Shown one piece after another: positions 36,586 through 54,077 of a DNA stretch of 64,000 bases. The translations under genes were made by a program, and so were the position numbers. The DNA lies in assembly GCF_036365525.1 (NCBI RefSeq), contig NC_090411.1:32194432-32258431 (forward strand). Reading direction: 5' to 3'. Position 1 is the first letter of the stretch. Each line of letters starts with the position of its first letter. The notes beneath the pieces were generated by a model. It had not been told where the DNA came from. It worked only from the letters and a program-made list of their open reading frames with translations, and did not search any database. The stretch is from Heterodontus francisci. Its lineage: Eukaryota.

Positions 36586-38724
36586 CTGGGATTCTTATTC
36601 CTGATGTGTGGAAATGGGGTGAATCCAATTCTGCTAGTGCATGCTTTGATTGTAGTTAATTCCCATCTGTCACTGCATGGAAATAAAAATATTCATTGAA
36701 GTAGTTTTGCCTTGCTTAAGCAGCTGATTTGATCATTTCAAAAAGATACTTGACTGTATAACACATCTGATTCCATTAAAACACTTGTGTGTTTTTTTTT
36801 AAAAAGCTAAACTTGAAACACCTCTCCCGGATAGCCTACTGATGTCTCAATTGTTACAAGTTTGTAGTGGATGTCTGTGACTGTAATCCATCAATTCTTC
36901 TGCAAAGGTGTTTTTCTTGTGCCAGTAAACTGGCATGAAGTGGTGGATCTCCTTGGCAGTTAAGAAGGAAGGTGCTGCAGTAGTGTGAATCTCATCACTT
37001 GTCTGTTCTGGATATCAAATTTATCTGGGTCTGGAGAGACCTGCAATTAAGATGTTTGTATTTGAGTGCTCCTGCATGTCACGTATTGGATTGCCAAAGC
37101 TTCCTGGTCTGCATAGTGCAGCATTGACCATAGTTGCTTTGGGTAGGTTGTCGTTTATTCAAACATTTTTCCCCACCACCTCACTTCCTTCAGGGGCAAT
37201 AGTTGAATATGTAGGATGACAAAATGTTGGGGCAGCTATCGTTACTGAAGAAAATACTTCCGGTATAAAACTTTTCAACATGCAGGAGAAGAAAACCATA
37301 CAAACTAAATGCTGGAATTTACACCTCTCAAGTTTCATGGGCATAAAACTCCACATTGTCTATTACAATGCTGGAGCACGAGAATTCTGTTTGAAGCACC
37401 ACTTCTCTTTGCTTTCCCACCAATCCATTGCTTTACTGATTCACTGTGGATTATCTGGTGCATCAATTCCCAAGGAATGGGTTAACATGGATCCAATTAT
37501 GCTCCACACTCGAATTTCCATTTGCAATCTCATTGAATTCTGCGACCAGATGCTTATCTGATTTCAGTTTCATTCGATTTCCTCAAACCAACATCAAGTA
37601 TGAGGTTATGACGACAAATGGAATTGGGGGCAACCTTTAGATGTGGTTGGGAAATTGATTAGGAGACAGGGATAATGGGTGTGTATTCGAATAGGTGGGA
37701 TGTGACTAATTGTCTTCCACCCCCACCAAGGGATGTGTTCTAGGGCCTCAGCTTTTCATTACATTTATAAATAACATAGATGAAGGAGTAGTGAGCCTTA
37801 TATCCAAGTTTTCTGATGACGCTTAGTTGGGTGGCACAATATGTAGTGTAGATGAGAGCAGGAAGTTGCAGAGATAGTGATAGATTGTGAATGGGCAAAA
37901 CTGTGGCAGATGAAGTTCAATGTGAAGAAGTGTAAGGTCATCCATTTTGGACCAAGAAAGATAAATTAGATTATTTCCTAAATGGTAAGAAGTTACGAAT
38001 TGTGGAGGAGAGGAATGATTTTAGGGGACCATGTAAAGAAATTATTAAAACTAGTGGACAGGTACGAAAACCTAATTGGAAAGGCTATAGTAGTGTAGTC
38101 TTCATCTCGAGGGAATACAAAAAGATGGAGTTGTATAAAACTCTGGTTATGCCACGCCTGGCGTACTGTGTTCAATTCGGATATATTGACCTTGGAGGGA
38201 GTGCAGCACAGATTCACCAGCTCAGATCCAAATGGGTTAAATTTTGATAGTTTGCATAGACTAGTCTTCAATTCCCTTGAGTATAAAAGATTAAGGGATG
38301 ATTATAATTGACTTGTTTAAGATGATTAATGGATTTGATAGGGGATATAGAGAGAAACTATTTGCTCTAGTGGATATACCAGGATGGAGGGCATAATCTT
38401 AAGACTAAGCAATTCATTGGTGATGTCAGGAAGCACTTCTTACACAAAGTTTACAAACTTCCCCAGAATATTGGGGGGCAACTGAACATTTCAAAACTGA
38501 GATCCTTGTAAGAGTGTGAAGGGATATGGAACCAATATGTAGTTAAAATACAGACTAGCCATGATCTATTTGAATGATGGAACAAGCTTAAGGGGCTGAA
38601 TGGCCAATCCTGTTCCTATGTTCTTATCACAGTATAATCATCCAACCTGCCTGTATTTCACTATAGTGATTGGCTCTGAGTGTCACACTCCACCCCCATC
38701 TCCTTCATTGGAGCCTGGATTCAT

Positions 38725-38816
38725 GGGAGATTCCTGATTGGCTATCAGGGATTGTCAAGCATCATTGGTGATGTCATTCGCTGTTTGAATACAGGCTGGC
38801 CCCAGCAGTATAAATA
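38725..38816 (+). promoter_or_regulatory. Ferritin copy 6 promoter module
   Basis: GGGAGATTCC 38725-38734 overlapping CTGATTGGC, TGATGTCA 38769-38776, TATAAATA 38809-38816. Confidence 0.65.
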
Positions 38817-38883
38817 CAAGAGCTCATGTTAGAAGGGGTCTATTCTAGAATTTTCTAGGTGATAGTAAGTAGTAATAGTGAAG

Positions 38884-41732
<2,849 letters not shown>

Positions 41733-42139
41733 CTGATTCTAGATCTGTTAATTCTCTAAAGATGTGACCCAATTCTAGTGCTGACTGCTTTATTTGTAGT
41801 TGATTCTCTGATTTGTTTACTACTGTAAATGGAAATTAAAAAATTCATTGAACTGAATTGCCTTTGTTATAGTTCAAATTGCATCTCTTTAATTGTAGTG
41901 CACCAAGTAACACCATGCCAAATCAGTTAGATGTGGTGGGGGATTTCTGATGTCCATAATTGCTACAACTGTAATCTCAGTAGCCAATCCTGCTGCAATA
42001 GTGTTTTTCTTGAATTTGTCCCCAAAATATCATCTGGGCCTCTAAAATAGTGAGGCAGGGGCTGAATTAATGCTTTCAATAATAGTACACTATTCAGAAT
42101 AGAGTATAAGTGTGGTATTTTTAGTTCCCCCTATCTGAG

Positions 42140-43100
42140 GGTAGTGGGTGCTGACAGATCACATGGGGTTAGGGGCAATTTATTAGTTTGGATAGAGAAT
42201 TGGCTAACTGACAGAACAGTGAAGATAAATAGGTCTTTTTCTGGTTGGCAAGATGTAACTAGTGGGGTGCCAATTAAGAAATTCCCATGTGAATGGGCCA
42301 AAATTTGGCAGATAGACTTTAACATGGATCAATGTGAGGTTATCCACTTTGGTTGGAAGAATAGAAAGGCAAATTATCTAAATGGAGAGAGACTTCAGTG
42401 TGCTTCTGTACAGAGGGACCTGGGTGTCCTCGTGCATGAATTGCAGAATGCTAGTATGTAGGAACAGCAGCTAATTAGGAAGGCAAATGTAATTTTGGCA
42501 TTTATTGCTAAAGGAATAAAGTAGGAAAGTGTTACTGCAACTTTACAAGGCATTAGTGAGTTGGCACCTGGAGTATTGCATACAATTTTGGTCCCCTTAA
42601 TTGAGGAGGGATGTAGTTGCATTGGAGGCAGTTCAGAGGAGGTTCACTAGATTGATTGCAGGGATGGGGGGTCTCTCTTCTGAAGAGAGATTGAGCAGTT
42701 TAGGCCTTTACACAAGTTTAGAAGAAAGAGAGGAGATCTAATTGAGGTATAGAAGATGATTAAGGGGATTGACAAAGTAGATGTAGAGAGGATGTTTCTT
42801 CTTGGGAAATCTAGAATGAGAGGGCATAGTTATAGGATAAGGGGTAGCTGATTTAAAACTGATGAGAAATTACTTCTCCAAAGGGTCCTGAGTCTGGAAT
42901 TCACTACCCCCCAGAGTGTGGTGGATGCTGGGACATTGAGTAAATTTGAGGAGATACAGATTTTTAATTAAAGGGTTATGGAGAACGGGCAGGAAAGTGG
43001 AGCTGAGGCTGAGATGAGATCAGCCATGATTGTATTGAATGGTGGAGTAGCTCGAGGGGCTGAATTGCCTATTCCTGCTCCTAGTTCTTATGACCTTATG
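42140..43100 (+). mobile_element. CR1 LINE fragment, internally deleted
   Basis: RSHGVRGNLLVWIENWL..WQDVTSGVP; similar to 57225-58572. Confidence 0.8.
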
Positions 43101-43400
43101 ACATGCTATTTACATATCTTCACATTAAAACTGTCAAGTCACTCTTGCTAGATAAGGTTTTATGGCCTGTATATATAGTACTACAGTAACCACTTTTTTT
43201 TTTCAAAAACACTTTTGGGGCAGGCGTCATTTAACATTTGTTTCTTCCTTTCCCCACCCACTGAGCTTGATTCCCAAGATTGAGGTAAACCACCAACCTA
43301 CTCAATACTATAATCAAACTGCACTATTTAAAGTTTGGTAAAGGAAACCATCAGTACTAATGTACATTACATTAATGTAAATGACTTGTACCTTCCCCAC

Positions 43401-44289
43401 TGTCGGGTAAATCACCACCTGCCAAGAATAAGGAAAATTAATTATCACATGAACATTAATTTTAAACTGTTGGAAGAACTTGCTTAAAAAAAGTGACTTT
43501 GGCTGGAGAGGGACATTAGCATATCGACAGATAGTACTTCAAAGGACAAAGGGACTATTTGCTGCTTCAATTTAATCCACAATGGACTTTTGATTACCAG
43601 ATGTTGACAATGGAAAGGCTAACATTCTAGGTTAACTGCTAAGATGGCTGAATACACAAACAGACGGTTGGACCAGTTTGGGTCACATGACTAACTGTTG
43701 GAGTTTTTTTGAACTTCCAACAAGGAATTTGAGATCAGAAAGCTGTCTTCTGGACTGGAAAAGACCCCTCTCCTGTCTGCTCTCATCTTGCTTTCACCAG
43801 CTTCAGAAACTATTGAAGACACATGAACCCCAAGAGAGAAAAGCCTCCTACAGTGAACAAGGTTTACGAAGAATACTGGGCCCCAATGAAAAGCAAGACT
43901 ACCTACAATCAAGGACCCTGCAGCGAGCTTGAAGCACAGTAAAAACCACTCTTCAGAGATTGCCTCAAACTTCTCCATTTTCTTTTTCTTTTTTTTGTCC
44001 CTATTTGCATATGTGTATCACATGTGCATGCTAGCATAGGCGTGTTGTATATCCGTAGGTATTAACCATATTGGAGTTTAAGTTTAAGGTTTAATAAATT
44101 TCACTTTTCTTCTTTAAATCTAAGAAAACCTGCTGTGCTCATTTATTTGCCTTATAATTGGAAAGCTGTGAACAAGGATTCACAAAGGGGAGCTCAAAAC
44201 ACCGTGTGTTTAAGATTAAACCTTGTTACAATAAGACCAGGTGAAGACAGTAAAGGACCCCTAGACACCTTTCCCACCTGTTCGTAACA
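43401..44289 (+). mobile_element. LTR-like element (solo or truncated LTR)
   Basis: TG...cgtaaCA termini with CCCAC on both sides (43396-43400, 44290-44294) and an internal AATAAA; no coding signal. Confidence 0.5.
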
Positions 44290-45894
44290 CCCACCCACAA
44301 AAAAAATCTCTCTCTCTCCTTTCAATTTTATTAAAAGATCACTGTAGGGTCCACCAGTTCATTGTAATCAAATAGTAACTACTTCCATATGTCACTTGGT
44401 ATGTTTCTAATTACCACAGCTTGTTCAGAAAGACATCCCTGAACCTACAAATAGTGTGGTGACTTGAGAATTCCTGAAGAAACATTTTATTGTCAAAATG
44501 GTTCACTTAAAGGGAACTAATGAACTCCACCTGAAAAGATTGAAGCATAGGAGCCCATAAAAAGTCTCTTGAGGACAGACGTCCACTGAAAAAAAAAGCT
44601 TGATTGTTGGTAGGAGCCCAACTGAAAAGTACATTGGTTTCCCCTAAAAGGAAAATGGAAGCTCTTTGAACACTTTGCAATGGCACAGTCTACAGATGTG
44701 CCAAGTTTCTTTCAAATGTCGGGGGGCCATCTGAGCTTGTACCATTGATACGAGCTAAGTATCAGCACTGTAGCTACAACCTAACCCCTTTCCAGGGATG
44801 TGCCTAAATGAGATTAGATGCCATGATATAGCAATAAACCAGGCACATGGGATGAGGCCTATTGCTTGTGTAGAGAATAACCACTGACATGAATTGATGG
44901 GAAAATAGGGACAGGAGTCAACCATTTAGCACCTCAAGCCTGTTCCACAATTTAATGAGATCATGACTGATATGTGACCTAACTCCACATATCCACCTTT
45001 GCACCATATCCCTTAATACCTTTGGTTAACTAAAATCTAGTACTCTGATTTAAAATTAACAATTGACCCAGCATCAACTGCCTTTGGTGAAAGTGGGTTG
45101 TGCCAAACATCCCATTTGTGAGTTGTGCATTTTATGTAATTCACTCATCTCTGTTCTTGAGGTTTTGTGGTCCTTCTATTAAATGCTTGATAGTTGGACC
45201 AGAGTTACAACAGATTAGTAACAAAAGCCAAGATATGCAAATCTCAAATAATAGAAAACAGTAGAGATATTCAGTAGGTCAGGCAGCATTGATTGAGAAA
45301 TACAAGACACGAGCTCTCAACTACAAAAGCATTCCTCACCACTGACCTGGGATTTGCAACTGAGAAGAGAGTATAAACTGAACACTCGACTTTACAGCTC
45401 TTAGATTTCATTTTGCTGTAATAGAGCAACAGCGTTCTGTCTGAAACTCCCACTGACCAACTTTCCATTTCCCCAACTTGTTGGTTGGTTTGTATATTCA
45501 GTGTGGACTGACTGGTGCAGATCAGTCTCTTTCAATCCATTGGAGTCAACATTGCGATACTTAGTATCACAGACTCGTTCTGCTCAGCAATTCTCCAAGA
45601 GACAGCTTAACTTAAATCCAATTGTGCTCAACGCTACCTACAAAGTGGAATTTTCATTCACAAATGCATCAATCCCTTTGAGATATGCCATGAAGCTTTG
45701 ATTCTGAGGACCAAGATGCAATCAAATTCAGTTTGAGGAATGTGAAAGAGCCCAATTTTAATTCACTTGAAACCCATTCACTTAGAGTTAAAATCAGGCC
45801 CCAAAAAACCCACAGCAATGACATCACAGAATAACCATCCAAATTTCTGTATTCCAAAACTTTGGCTCTGGGTACCACATCCCGCCCCAGTCCT

Positions 45895-46009
45895 TTGTTA
45901 ATTGATGCCTGGATTAGTGGAAGATTCCTGACTGGCTGTTGAGGATTGTCAGTCATCATTGGTGATGTCATTCCTTATTTGAATGCAGGGTAACCGAGTA
46001 GTATAAATA
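45895..46009 (+). promoter_or_regulatory. Pseudogene copy 7 promoter module (kB site degenerate)
   Basis: TTGTTAATTG, GGAAGATTCC, TGATGTCA 45963-45970, TATAAATA 46002-46009. Confidence 0.5.
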
Positions 46010-46079
46010 TAAGAGCTTGTGAGAGATGAGGTTAGGTTGTTGTGTGTGAACTTTGTTTCTATCCACAGTAAAAGTTAGG

Positions 46080-47876
46080 ATGGCCTCCCAAGTGTGTCAG
46101 AATTACCACAAGGACTGTGAGGATGCTGTTAACAAGCAGATTAACCTGGAGCTCTATTCCTCCTATGTTTACCTGTCCATGGTGAGTTTTGTAATTTTGG
46201 GGGTCCTGTTTCAAAATTAAGACTATTGCATCAATCAGCTAGATAAATTCTACCTGATTAGGATGTGAAGAGCTGACTTTAGAATGTATTCCTGTAGTCC
46301 TCCCTTGTCTTAATCTGGCAAATACTTCTAATATAGTAATCTTGAATGCTGTAGGAACAAACTATTTCCTGTTCCTATTCTGAAGTTTTTATATCTAAAA
46401 CTAACTCCAAGGTTCTGTTAAATTTATAACAAAGGATTTGTCTAGAAGATACATAAACCTGGTCAACTTTTCCAACTTGGATAGACACCATTACACTTGA
46501 GTGAGTTACCCATTGTCTAGTTCTATTCAGATTCATCTACTTTCTAATTGAGTGAAATACTGAATCCTAATTTATCCTGAAGTTTTCCTCAATAAGACTG
46601 AACCCATGTATTTAACAATGACATGGTGTTGAATTGCTGAACTTGTTCCTCTTCTATCACTGATCTTGTACTTTCATCTGGAAGTATGAGGGTGCTATGG
46701 ATAAATTGACTTGAGTGCTGTTGTGCTGAAATAATTCTTTAATTCCAGAAGCAATTGCTCCCTCATGTTTTTCTACTGTTATAATCTCTTGTCTTAAGCT
46801 ACTTCACCAGGAGGGGCTTTCAACAGAAAAGATGAATGAAGCAAATTGTTTGACTTGCAAAAACAAATGTTTTTATTCATTTAAATCCCTTTTCAATTGA
46901 AAGCAAGGTGCTGAATGAGTAACTTATCTACCATGATGCTGCTACCATTTTGAGTTGGCCATGGTTGAAATCTGGGTCTGACCTGGTTTTTCCTTCCCAC
47001 TTTTTTTTTTTCTCTATCTGTAGTCCTTCTATTTTGACCAGGATGATGTTGCCCTGCGTCACTTTGCTGAGTTCTTCAAGGAGCAGTCACATGAGGAACG
47101 GGAGCACGCTGAGAAATTGATGAAATTCCAGAATAAACGTGAAGGCCGAATCATCTTGGAGGACATCAAGGTTGGATTCAGCAAACATGGAAGAATTGAC
47201 TCTCTTTGTAGAGTAGGTTATTTAGGCCTGACTTGAATCTATTGAGTCAAGGGAGTTGAGCCTTGAGGAGGTTTAATGAATACTGTGTACATTTGGATTT
47301 TCAGAAGGTAGGTGATTGCTGGCTTAAAATTGAAGTGCATGATATGAGAAGCAACCTTGACACCAGTCAAGCTGAGTACAGCAGGAGGCAGTTTGAATGT
47401 GATGAACCACTGGATAGTAAAGGCTAGTGCATTTACAAGCTAACTTTGCAATTGGTGAATATGCTAAGATAGCATTGGTAGGGTTGGAATAGAAGGCAGA
47501 GGGTGAGCATGATGTAATTAGTATGGTGAGATGTTCTACATCAGGGTATCGGATGTAAGAATAAGAGTATAATTGCAGGGTGTCCAAGATGTTGGCAGCT
47601 AGCTTGCAGGTATGGAAATATTAATGTGGTAATGGGCTTCAGTCTAAGGTACAGAACCTGAGCAAGGCACTTTTGCTGTGATTAGTGCTAGATGTCATTG
47701 TATGTCTGTACAGCCTTTCTTTCTCTAGTTGTGACTTCCTGGAGACTCACTACTTGGATGAGCAAGTGAAGATGATCAAGAAGCTTGGAGATCACATCAC
47801 CAACCTGAAGAGACTGGGAGCCCCTGACAATGGCATGGGAGAATAGCTGTTTGACAAGCACGCGCTGGGGGAATGA
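46080..47876 (+). pseudogene. Ferritin pseudogene, copy 7
   Basis: Exon 1 (46080-46181) and exon 2 (47024-47170) are open. No exon 3 between 47171 and 47728. Exon 4 from 47729 has a 2-nt TG deletion (TTG TGA) and Tyr->TAG at 47844-47846. Confidence 0.9.
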
Positions 47877-49711
47877 TACCCTATCTTTCCGCATTTAATA
47901 TCTGTACACGTTGGGTCTCCAAGTTAAATACAAAGTGTGATTATGACTGGAGGTGAAGGTTGGATTTGGATTATAGGTGCTTTGTGATTTTTTTTTCCCC
48001 AGCTGTCATTGTGTAAATTGCAATAAAATCTATGCAAGAAATGCAGTAGTTGGCTTTGCTTGTGTAAATTGCTTGGAGATATCCAATGCAAAACACCAAC
48101 CTGTATAACTTTTGCCTGAGACTTTTTTGTTTTCCCCAAAATAAACCATGTCCTTAACTCCCTTAAACGTGACCTGGCCATGTGATCATAGCAACATCAA
48201 ACTGAAGACTTGAGTGTTTTGGTATTTGACAAATTGCAAGATTTCTATTTGAAGTGCTTCGAATATCAACAATGCTTTGGTTAACAGCCATGTGAAATCA
48301 TGTAACCATTCTTGATGAGATATGGATATGTGGAGAGCTGGCTTAGGTTGATTAGGTAAATAAACGAAAACGTATTGTAGTAAACAATTCAAAATGTTCA
48401 AAAATAAATTCCCTTAAACAAAAACTCAGCATGAAATATCCATCAGTGGCTTACTAGGGCAGTTAAGGATAGTATTTAGATTACAAGATGCTTATGGTGT
48501 TGCAAAGAATAGTAATAAGCCTGAGGATTGGGAGTGTTAAAAGAAACTAGCAAAGGGCAACCTTTGGAAGATCAAATTCAAAATAACTCCCAGGTTGCCC
48601 AGCAGGTTAGTCATGTGACTAGCTCCTTATATGGAACAGTCTCTCCTGTCAGGTTTGTGGATTGTACCTCAGCAGTCTCTGGAATGCTAGCTTCCCCCCA
48701 CCTTCAACATCTGGTAATCAAATTCCATTGTTGGCTGAATGAGTCAGGGCATGGCCCTCTGTCCCTTGTTCCAACACTATCGGTTACCCATAGAAATGTC
48801 TTTCAGGTCAGGGGCTTGCAATTTTAAGTTTTAATGTTCATGCGGTGAAATCATGTGTGCCTCAGTCTTGGCAGGTGTGGGGTTTGCCTGACACAATATT
48901 GCAAGTAGAAAGTTATAGCCATGTATTTTAAGTGCAGGACATTTTAAACAAAATATTTTGAAGGGAGGTGTAAGGGTTCAACAACAATGAGCTTGTTAGT
49001 AATTAACCAGATAAAATCACTTTCAAGGCTCTGATTGGCTCGCCCACTGCTCACTTCATTAACTAATGAGTTTCTGGATTTTTTTATCTTGAGGCACGTG
49101 AGTTCTCTGGCTATTAACAACTGTTGCTCATCATCTGTTATCCAAATGGTGGGTTGTCCATCTGTTTAAATGTGCTGGGTCTTTCTACCACAGTAACTAG
49201 ATTGAGTGGATAAATTCAGTTGGTAGTCTTCGACATACTATATGGAAACTGCGATGGTCTGCCAAGTGTGTCAGAACTACCGCAAGGACTGAGGATGCTG
49301 TTAACAAACAGATCAACCTGGAGCTGTACACCTCTGTATATCTCTCCATGGTGAGTAATCACTCTCTGTTGGACTGACTGGCATAAACACTTCTCTATTT
49401 AGAAGTCTAGATGTTTCCTAGTTGTATGAGCTAAAGGGCTTAAACTTCAGACAAGAGCATTTTCTACAATCTTAGTTCTTTCCATTTATGGGTTTGACTG
49501 TAGGTTTCTCCAAATGAATGTCCTTTTTAAAAATGCAAATGTTTCAATCACATGATTGCAATTAATCGTATACTGGTGAGGCCTCTTCTCCTTCATTTGA
49601 AGTGAAGTAACTTGAGAATAGTTTCCTGCTGGTAAAAGTATCTTTAGTGAACTGATCTTCCAATATGAATTTGTTGGATTTACATTTTGTTCTTTCACTA
49701 ACTTTTTACAT

Positions 49712-52557
49712 GGGGAGGAGGTGGTGGTGGTGTAGTGGTATTATCACTGGACTAATAACCCAGAGACCCAGGGTATTGCTCTGGAGACATGGGTTCAAAT
49801 CCCACCACAGCAGAAGGTGGAATTTAAATTTAATTAATAAATATGGAATTAAAAGCTAGTCTAATGATGGCCATGAAACCATTGTCGATTGTTGTAAAAA
49901 CCCATCTGGGTCACTAATGTCCTTTTAGGGAAGGAAATCTGCTGTCCTTACCTGGTCTGGCCTACATGTGACTCCAGACCCACAGCAATGTGGTTGACTC
50001 TTACATGCCCTCTGAAATGGCCTAGCAAGCCACTCAGTTGTACCTAACCGCTATGAAGTCAATAAAAAGGAAAGAAACTGGACGGACCACCCGTCATCGA
50101 CCAAGGCACCGGAAACGACAACATCAAACCCAGCCCTGTCGACCCTGCGAAGTCCTCCTTACTAACATCTGGGGGCTTGTGCCAAAGTTGGGAGAGCTGT
50201 CCCACAGACTAGTCAAGCAACAGCCTGACAAAGTCATACTCATGGAATCATACCACATAGACAATGTCCCAGACACTGCAATCACTATCCCTGGGTATGT
50301 CCTGTCCCACTGGCAGGACATGTGCCGGGACAGTGGTATACAGTCGCGAGGGAGTTGCCCTGGGAGTCCTCAACATTGACTCTGGACCCCATGAAGTCTC
50401 ATGGTATCAGGTCAAACATGGGCAAGGTAACCTCCTACTGATTATGACCAACTGCTCTCCCTCAGCTGATGAGTCAGTACTCCTCCATGTTGAACACCAC
50501 TTGGAGGAAGCACTGAGGGTGGCAAGGGCACAAAATGTACTCTGGGTGGGGGATTTCAATGTCCATCACCAAGAGTGACTCGGTAGCACCACTACTGACT
50601 GAGCTGGCCAAGTACTAAAGGACATAGCTGCTAGACTGGGTCTGCGGCAGGTGGTGGGGGAACCAACACGAGGGAAAAACATACTTGACCTTGTTCTCAC
50701 CAATCTGCCTGCCACAGAAGCTTCTGTCCATGACAGTATTGGTAGGAGTGACCATCACACAGTCGTTGTGGAGACGAAGTCCCACCTTCACATTGAGGAT
50801 ACCATCCATCGTGTTGTGTGGCACTATCACCGTGCTAAATGGGATAGAATTCAAACATATCTAGCAATGCAAAACTGGGCATCCATGAGGCGCTGTGGGC
50901 CATCAGCAGCAGCAGAATTGTACTCCACCTCATGGCCCAGCATATCCCCCACTCTACCATTACCATCAAGCCAGGAGACCAACCCTGGTTCAATGAAGAG
51001 TGCAGGAGGGCATGCCAGGAGCAGCACCAGGCATACCTCAAAACGAGGTATCAACCTGGTGAAGCTACAACCCAGGACTACTTGCATGCCAAACTGCATA
51101 AGCAGCATGCAATAGACAGAGCTAAGCTATCCCATAACCAATGGATCAGATCTAAGCTCTGCAGTCCTGCCACATCCAGTTGTGAATAGTGGTGGACAAT
51201 TAAAGAACTAACTGGAGGAGGTGGCTCCACAAATATCCCCATCCTCAATGATGGGGGAGCCCAGCACATCAGTGCGAAAGATAAGGCTGAAGCATTTGCA
51301 ACAATCTTCAGCCAGAAGTGCCGAGTTGATGATCCATCTCGGCCCCCTCCTGAAGTCCCCAGCATTACAGATTGCAGATTTCAGCCAATTCGATTCATTC
51401 CCCATGATATCAAGAAATGACTGAAGGCACTGGCTACTACATTTGCGTCACATAAGTGCCAGGCAATGACCATTTCCAACAAGAGAGAATCTAACCATCT
51501 CCCCTTGACATTCAATGGCATTACCATCGCTGAATCCCCCACTATCAACATCCTCGGGGCTACCATTGACTAGAAACTGAACTGGAGTAGCTATATAAAT
51601 AACGTGGCTACAAGAGCAGGTCAGAGGCTAGGAATCCTGTGGTGAGTAACTCACCTCCTGACTCCCCAAAGCCTGTCCACCATCTACAAGGCACAAGTCA
51701 GGAATACTCTCCACTTGCCTGGATGGGTGCAGCTCCAACAACACTCTCAAGAAGCTCAATACCATCCATAACAAAGCAGCCTGCTTGATTGGCACACCAT
51801 CCACAAACATTCACTCCCTCCACCACCAACGCACAGTGGCAGCAGTGTGTACCATCTACAAGATGCACTGCAGCAATGCACCAAGGCTCCTTAGACAGCA
51901 ACTTCCAAACCCAGGGCGGCACAGTGGCGCAGTGGTTAGCACCGCAGCCTCACAGCTCCAGCGACCTGGGTTCAATTCTGGGTACTGCCTGTGTGGAGTT
52001 TGCAAGTTCTCCCTGTGTCTGCGTGGGTTTCCTCCGGGTGCTCCGGTTTCCTCCCACATGCCAAAAGACTTGCTGGTTGATAGGTTAATTGGCCATTATA
52101 AATTGCCCCTAGTATAGGTCGATGGTAGGGAAATATAGGGACAGGTGGGGATGTGGTAGGAATATGGAATTAGTGTAGGATTAGTATAAATGGGTGGTTG
52201 ATGGTCGGCAGAGACTCGGTGGGCCGAAGGGCCTGTTTCAGTGCTGTATCTCTAAACCATGACCTCTACCACCTCGAAGGACAAGAGCAGCAGATGCATG
52301 GGAACACCACCACCTGCAAGTTCCCATCCAAGTCACACGTCATCCTGACTTGGAACTATATCGCCGTTCCTTCACTGTCGCTGGGTCGTAATCCTGGAAC
52401 TCCCTTCCTAACAGCACTGTGGGTGTACTTACCTCACATGGACTGCAACAGTTCAAGAAGGCAGCTCACCACCACTTTCTCGAAGGCAATTAGAGATGGG
52501 CAATAAATGCTGGCCTGACCAGTGACGCCGACATCCCATGAATGAATTAAAAAAAAA
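49712..52557 (+). mobile_element. CR1/Jockey-group LINE with a tRNA-like 5' head, RT core deleted, in intron 1 of pseudogene 8
   Basis: A box gtggtgtagtgg ~49727 and B box gggttcaaatcc 49791-49802; APE motifs TNIWGL..VILMES, VGDFNVHH, PTRGKNILDLVLT, SDH; jump at ~51435 past the RT core; A-rich 3' end. Confidence 0.85.
51914..52257 (+). mobile_element. tRNA-derived SINE (HE1-like) nested in the LINE
   Basis: Full length with A/B boxes; the host sequence rejoins at aaacc(c)a. Confidence 0.88.
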
Positions 52558-53822
52558 CATCTAGAATCAGTAGAAGTAGTTTCATTTTCCTCCTAAGAGA
52601 AAAGTCTGGGCTGGAGCCCAATCTTTCAGCTGCTGGAGCCTCCAATTAATCAAATTAGATGTGCTCTTTCTAATGTGGAGAGAGACTGTTCAACATTGTA
52701 ACCAACCATTTAGTATTATAAACTTTTATATTGTTCAAATAACCAGAATTGACTGTTCAAAACAGACTGGTGATGGCACTGCACAAATCTTGATCTGCTA
52801 GGAGATCATGGAATTGCATGTAGTTAAAATTTTAGCCTGGCATAACTTCTATTCTCTTTGCAGTCTTGTTACTTTGACTGGGATGATGTTGCCCTGCGTC
52901 ACTTTGCTGAGTTCTTCAAGGAGCAGTCACATGAGGAACGGGAGCAGTCTGAGAAACTGATGAAATCCCAGAATAAACGTGGAGGCTGAATCTTGGAGGA
53001 CATCAAGGTATCCTCTTCAAGCTTCTTTGACTTGTGCACTTTTTTTGCCCCCCCCCCCTCCAAGAAAAAGAGCTTAAATTTCAAATTTAAGAAAAACTTG
53101 ATTTTAAAATGAACTGTCCATTCAATTTGCTTTGAAGGCTCATCTTTAATGAGATTCAGTCTTTGATTCACTTGGAGATGGTGGGAGGTGGTATTCCATT
53201 AAAGGCAATGAATCATGGCATATTGCCAATATGGGGTAAAATGTGGAATAACCCCCTCCCACCATGTGATTATATTGCTTTGGCCAACTACCCTCAAGGT
53301 AGTTGCAGCCTTCAATTTCCTTCTATTGAAGTTACTTTTTTTCCCTCAAAAGTAACTTTTTTTTCTCTTTCCAGAAGCCAGAGCAGGATGAGTGGAGCAA
53401 TGGTCTGGAGGCAATGCAGAGAGCTCTGCAAATGGAGAAGGATGTGAACCAGAGTCTGCTGGATCTGCACAAACTGTCCACTGGCAACACTGACCCTCAT
53501 GTAAGTTTTTGCAGCTTTAATGCGCTTGAGATTTCCAGGTCAGCTGAGGCAGTTGCTGGAAGTTGTATCTGTCCTTGTAGCCCTATTCAAAATGCCCCCA
53601 AAACACTAGCTTTGTGTCTTGTAATTTATTCCCTGAGAACTGGTTTCTTTGAAAAGCTGGTATAGTAGCTGGGCAATTGAATATAGATGTCCAAAAGTAT
53701 AACTACTTAGGTGTTGGTAAATTTCAGGGTCTGTCTTCTGTTCAATAACATTTGGATAAATTATATTCCAAAATCTTGATGTCCCTTCCAATTTCATTTT
53801 ATTGGATAAGATACACATGTAG

Positions 53823-54077
<255 letters not shown>

